NCBI GenBank assembly: GCA_002633005.1
Contig: NMRA01000322.1
Location: forward strand, 434,001-498,000
From: Phoronis australis
Lineage: Eukaryota > Animalia > Phoronida
Reading direction: 5' to 3'
Length of the DNA stretch: 64,000 nucleotides
The notes beneath the pieces were generated by a model. It saw only the letters and a list, made by a program, of their open reading frames with translations, was not told the DNA's origin and did no database searches. A program made the translations under genes and the position numbers. Of the stretch, positions 62,884 through 64,000 are shown piece after piece. Each line of letters opens with the position of its first letter. Position 1 is the stretch's first letter.

Positions 62884-63709
62884 CTGAAAACTATAGTAAT
62901 AGATATGTTACAGATACTCAAATCCTTACTTAAACCCTCTAGCATCAAATGAGGGTACTTTGGTTTTTGCCAACTTGCTGCTATAAATTGGTCTCAATTT
63001 GTTCCTTACTCGGATGAGAAGCAGGTCCTGGGTGTGTGTAAATGCTCATCACATAAAATGACAAGTCAACATTTAGAACGGATAGTTTCAAGCAATAACA
63101 AACCGTCAGTTCTTTTGAAATCCTGAAGTGGTCTCTGGTTTGACTAAAATAAAAAACAATTTGAGATAAATTTAACAATGGTAAGTTGTCAAAAGTTATT
63201 TTTTTGTGACGGAGGGTAAGTTTAGTTGCTGCTTTAAGATTTAGGTATCTTATTTGAGATATATTTATTTCATTTATATGGTAAAAATTCCGAATTTAGG
63301 ACAGCGAAAAAATAATTATTTTGAGCCTGTCCGAAATTTTAGAATTAAGACGTGGGAAATTCGAGAAATATGAGAAAGATGGCAAAATCAACATTGTCCA
63401 AAATCTTAGAATTTATGCAGTTCGCTGCTGACAATGTTTCGATTTGCGGCTTTAAACCGTTTGAACTGCCGCTCAGATTTTTGATGGTTATTGCTGACAA
63501 GAAATTCACACGATGTCCTCAAAAACATAAACAGCGATGTTACTGACTTTAAACGCAATTGACTTACCAAACTTTGTGATAGGAAATGTATATATATTTT
63601 TTTCATGTAACATGCTTTGACTGATTATTCGCAATATCCATCGGTGCTCAACGTCTTCATGTTAAACTGTTCGCAAACCAAGCGCAGATGACGCGACTTA
63701 ACAGTGTAA

Positions 63710-63869
63710 CCCTGGCGTGCGTTCAGTAACGCTAGGACCAGCGCTAGGACCTAACTAAAATCTAGCCAAAATCATGCGTTGTCATTTAAAATACACTGTA
63801 ATATCTCATGTAATCTTGCGAAATCTTGCTTTATAGCGAGGTCCTAACGTCACTGAACAGGACGCTGGT
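63710..63869. mobile_element. Small degenerate MITE
   Basis: gcgtgcgttcagtaacgctaggacc is the imperfect reverse complement of ggtcctaacgtcactgaacaggacgc. Confidence 0.5.
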
Positions 63870-64000
63870 TTGTTTCTGGGGCAGTGTGTGCAGCATACTT
63901 ATGAGTAACTTGTCAATGAAAAACAAGCCATACATTGGTCACTTCGTGTGACTTGTTGTTAAGGCTGAAAAGTTCTCTGTCCTGACTTGTGCTTGAATCT

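Noticed and set aside
63010-63027. Possible 18-nt micro-exon of the orphan gene (cccag|...|gtaagg)
   Set aside because: Weak polypyrimidine tract; cannot be told from chance without transcript data.

Overview
AT-rich, intron-rich eukaryotic DNA, apparently from a draft assembly of a heterozygous invertebrate animal (one 472-nt N gap; single-N joins at 5077, 10944, 35476 and 42026, two of them next to locally duplicated segments). It is not prokaryotic, so most entries in the ORF track are spurious or are single exons with intron read-through. Splicing by hand (GT-AG, phase-checked) gives four genes. (1) The 5' part of SUMF1 (formylglycine-generating enzyme), minus strand, running off the left edge, with exon 1 present twice. 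(2) An 11-exon single-domain hexokinase, minus strand, 12012-31172, with the end of exon 9 hidden in the N gap. (3) The first 7 exons of DNMT1, plus strand, 31385-46207 (DMAP1-binding repeats and PCNA PIP box), head-to-head with the hexokinase across a ~210-bp spacer holding tandem E2F sites. (4) An unrecognised minus-strand gene (50508 to at least 62883) built from phase-1 cassette exons, three of which look mutually duplicated; it lies where the rest of DNMT1 is expected and is probably nested in a DNMT1 intron. Introns and intergenic DNA carry many non-autonomous transposons: Harbinger/Zator-like, Tc1/pogo-like, hAT-like and 9-bp-TSD MITEs, Helentron-like elements with arrays of CTCF-like motifs, a Gypsy remnant with its LTR, a CR1/L2 fragment, a tRNA-derived SINE, and a 3-kb element with GG termini and a 5-bp TSD that I cannot assign to a superfamily. 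No database searches were possible; homology calls come from recalled family motifs.
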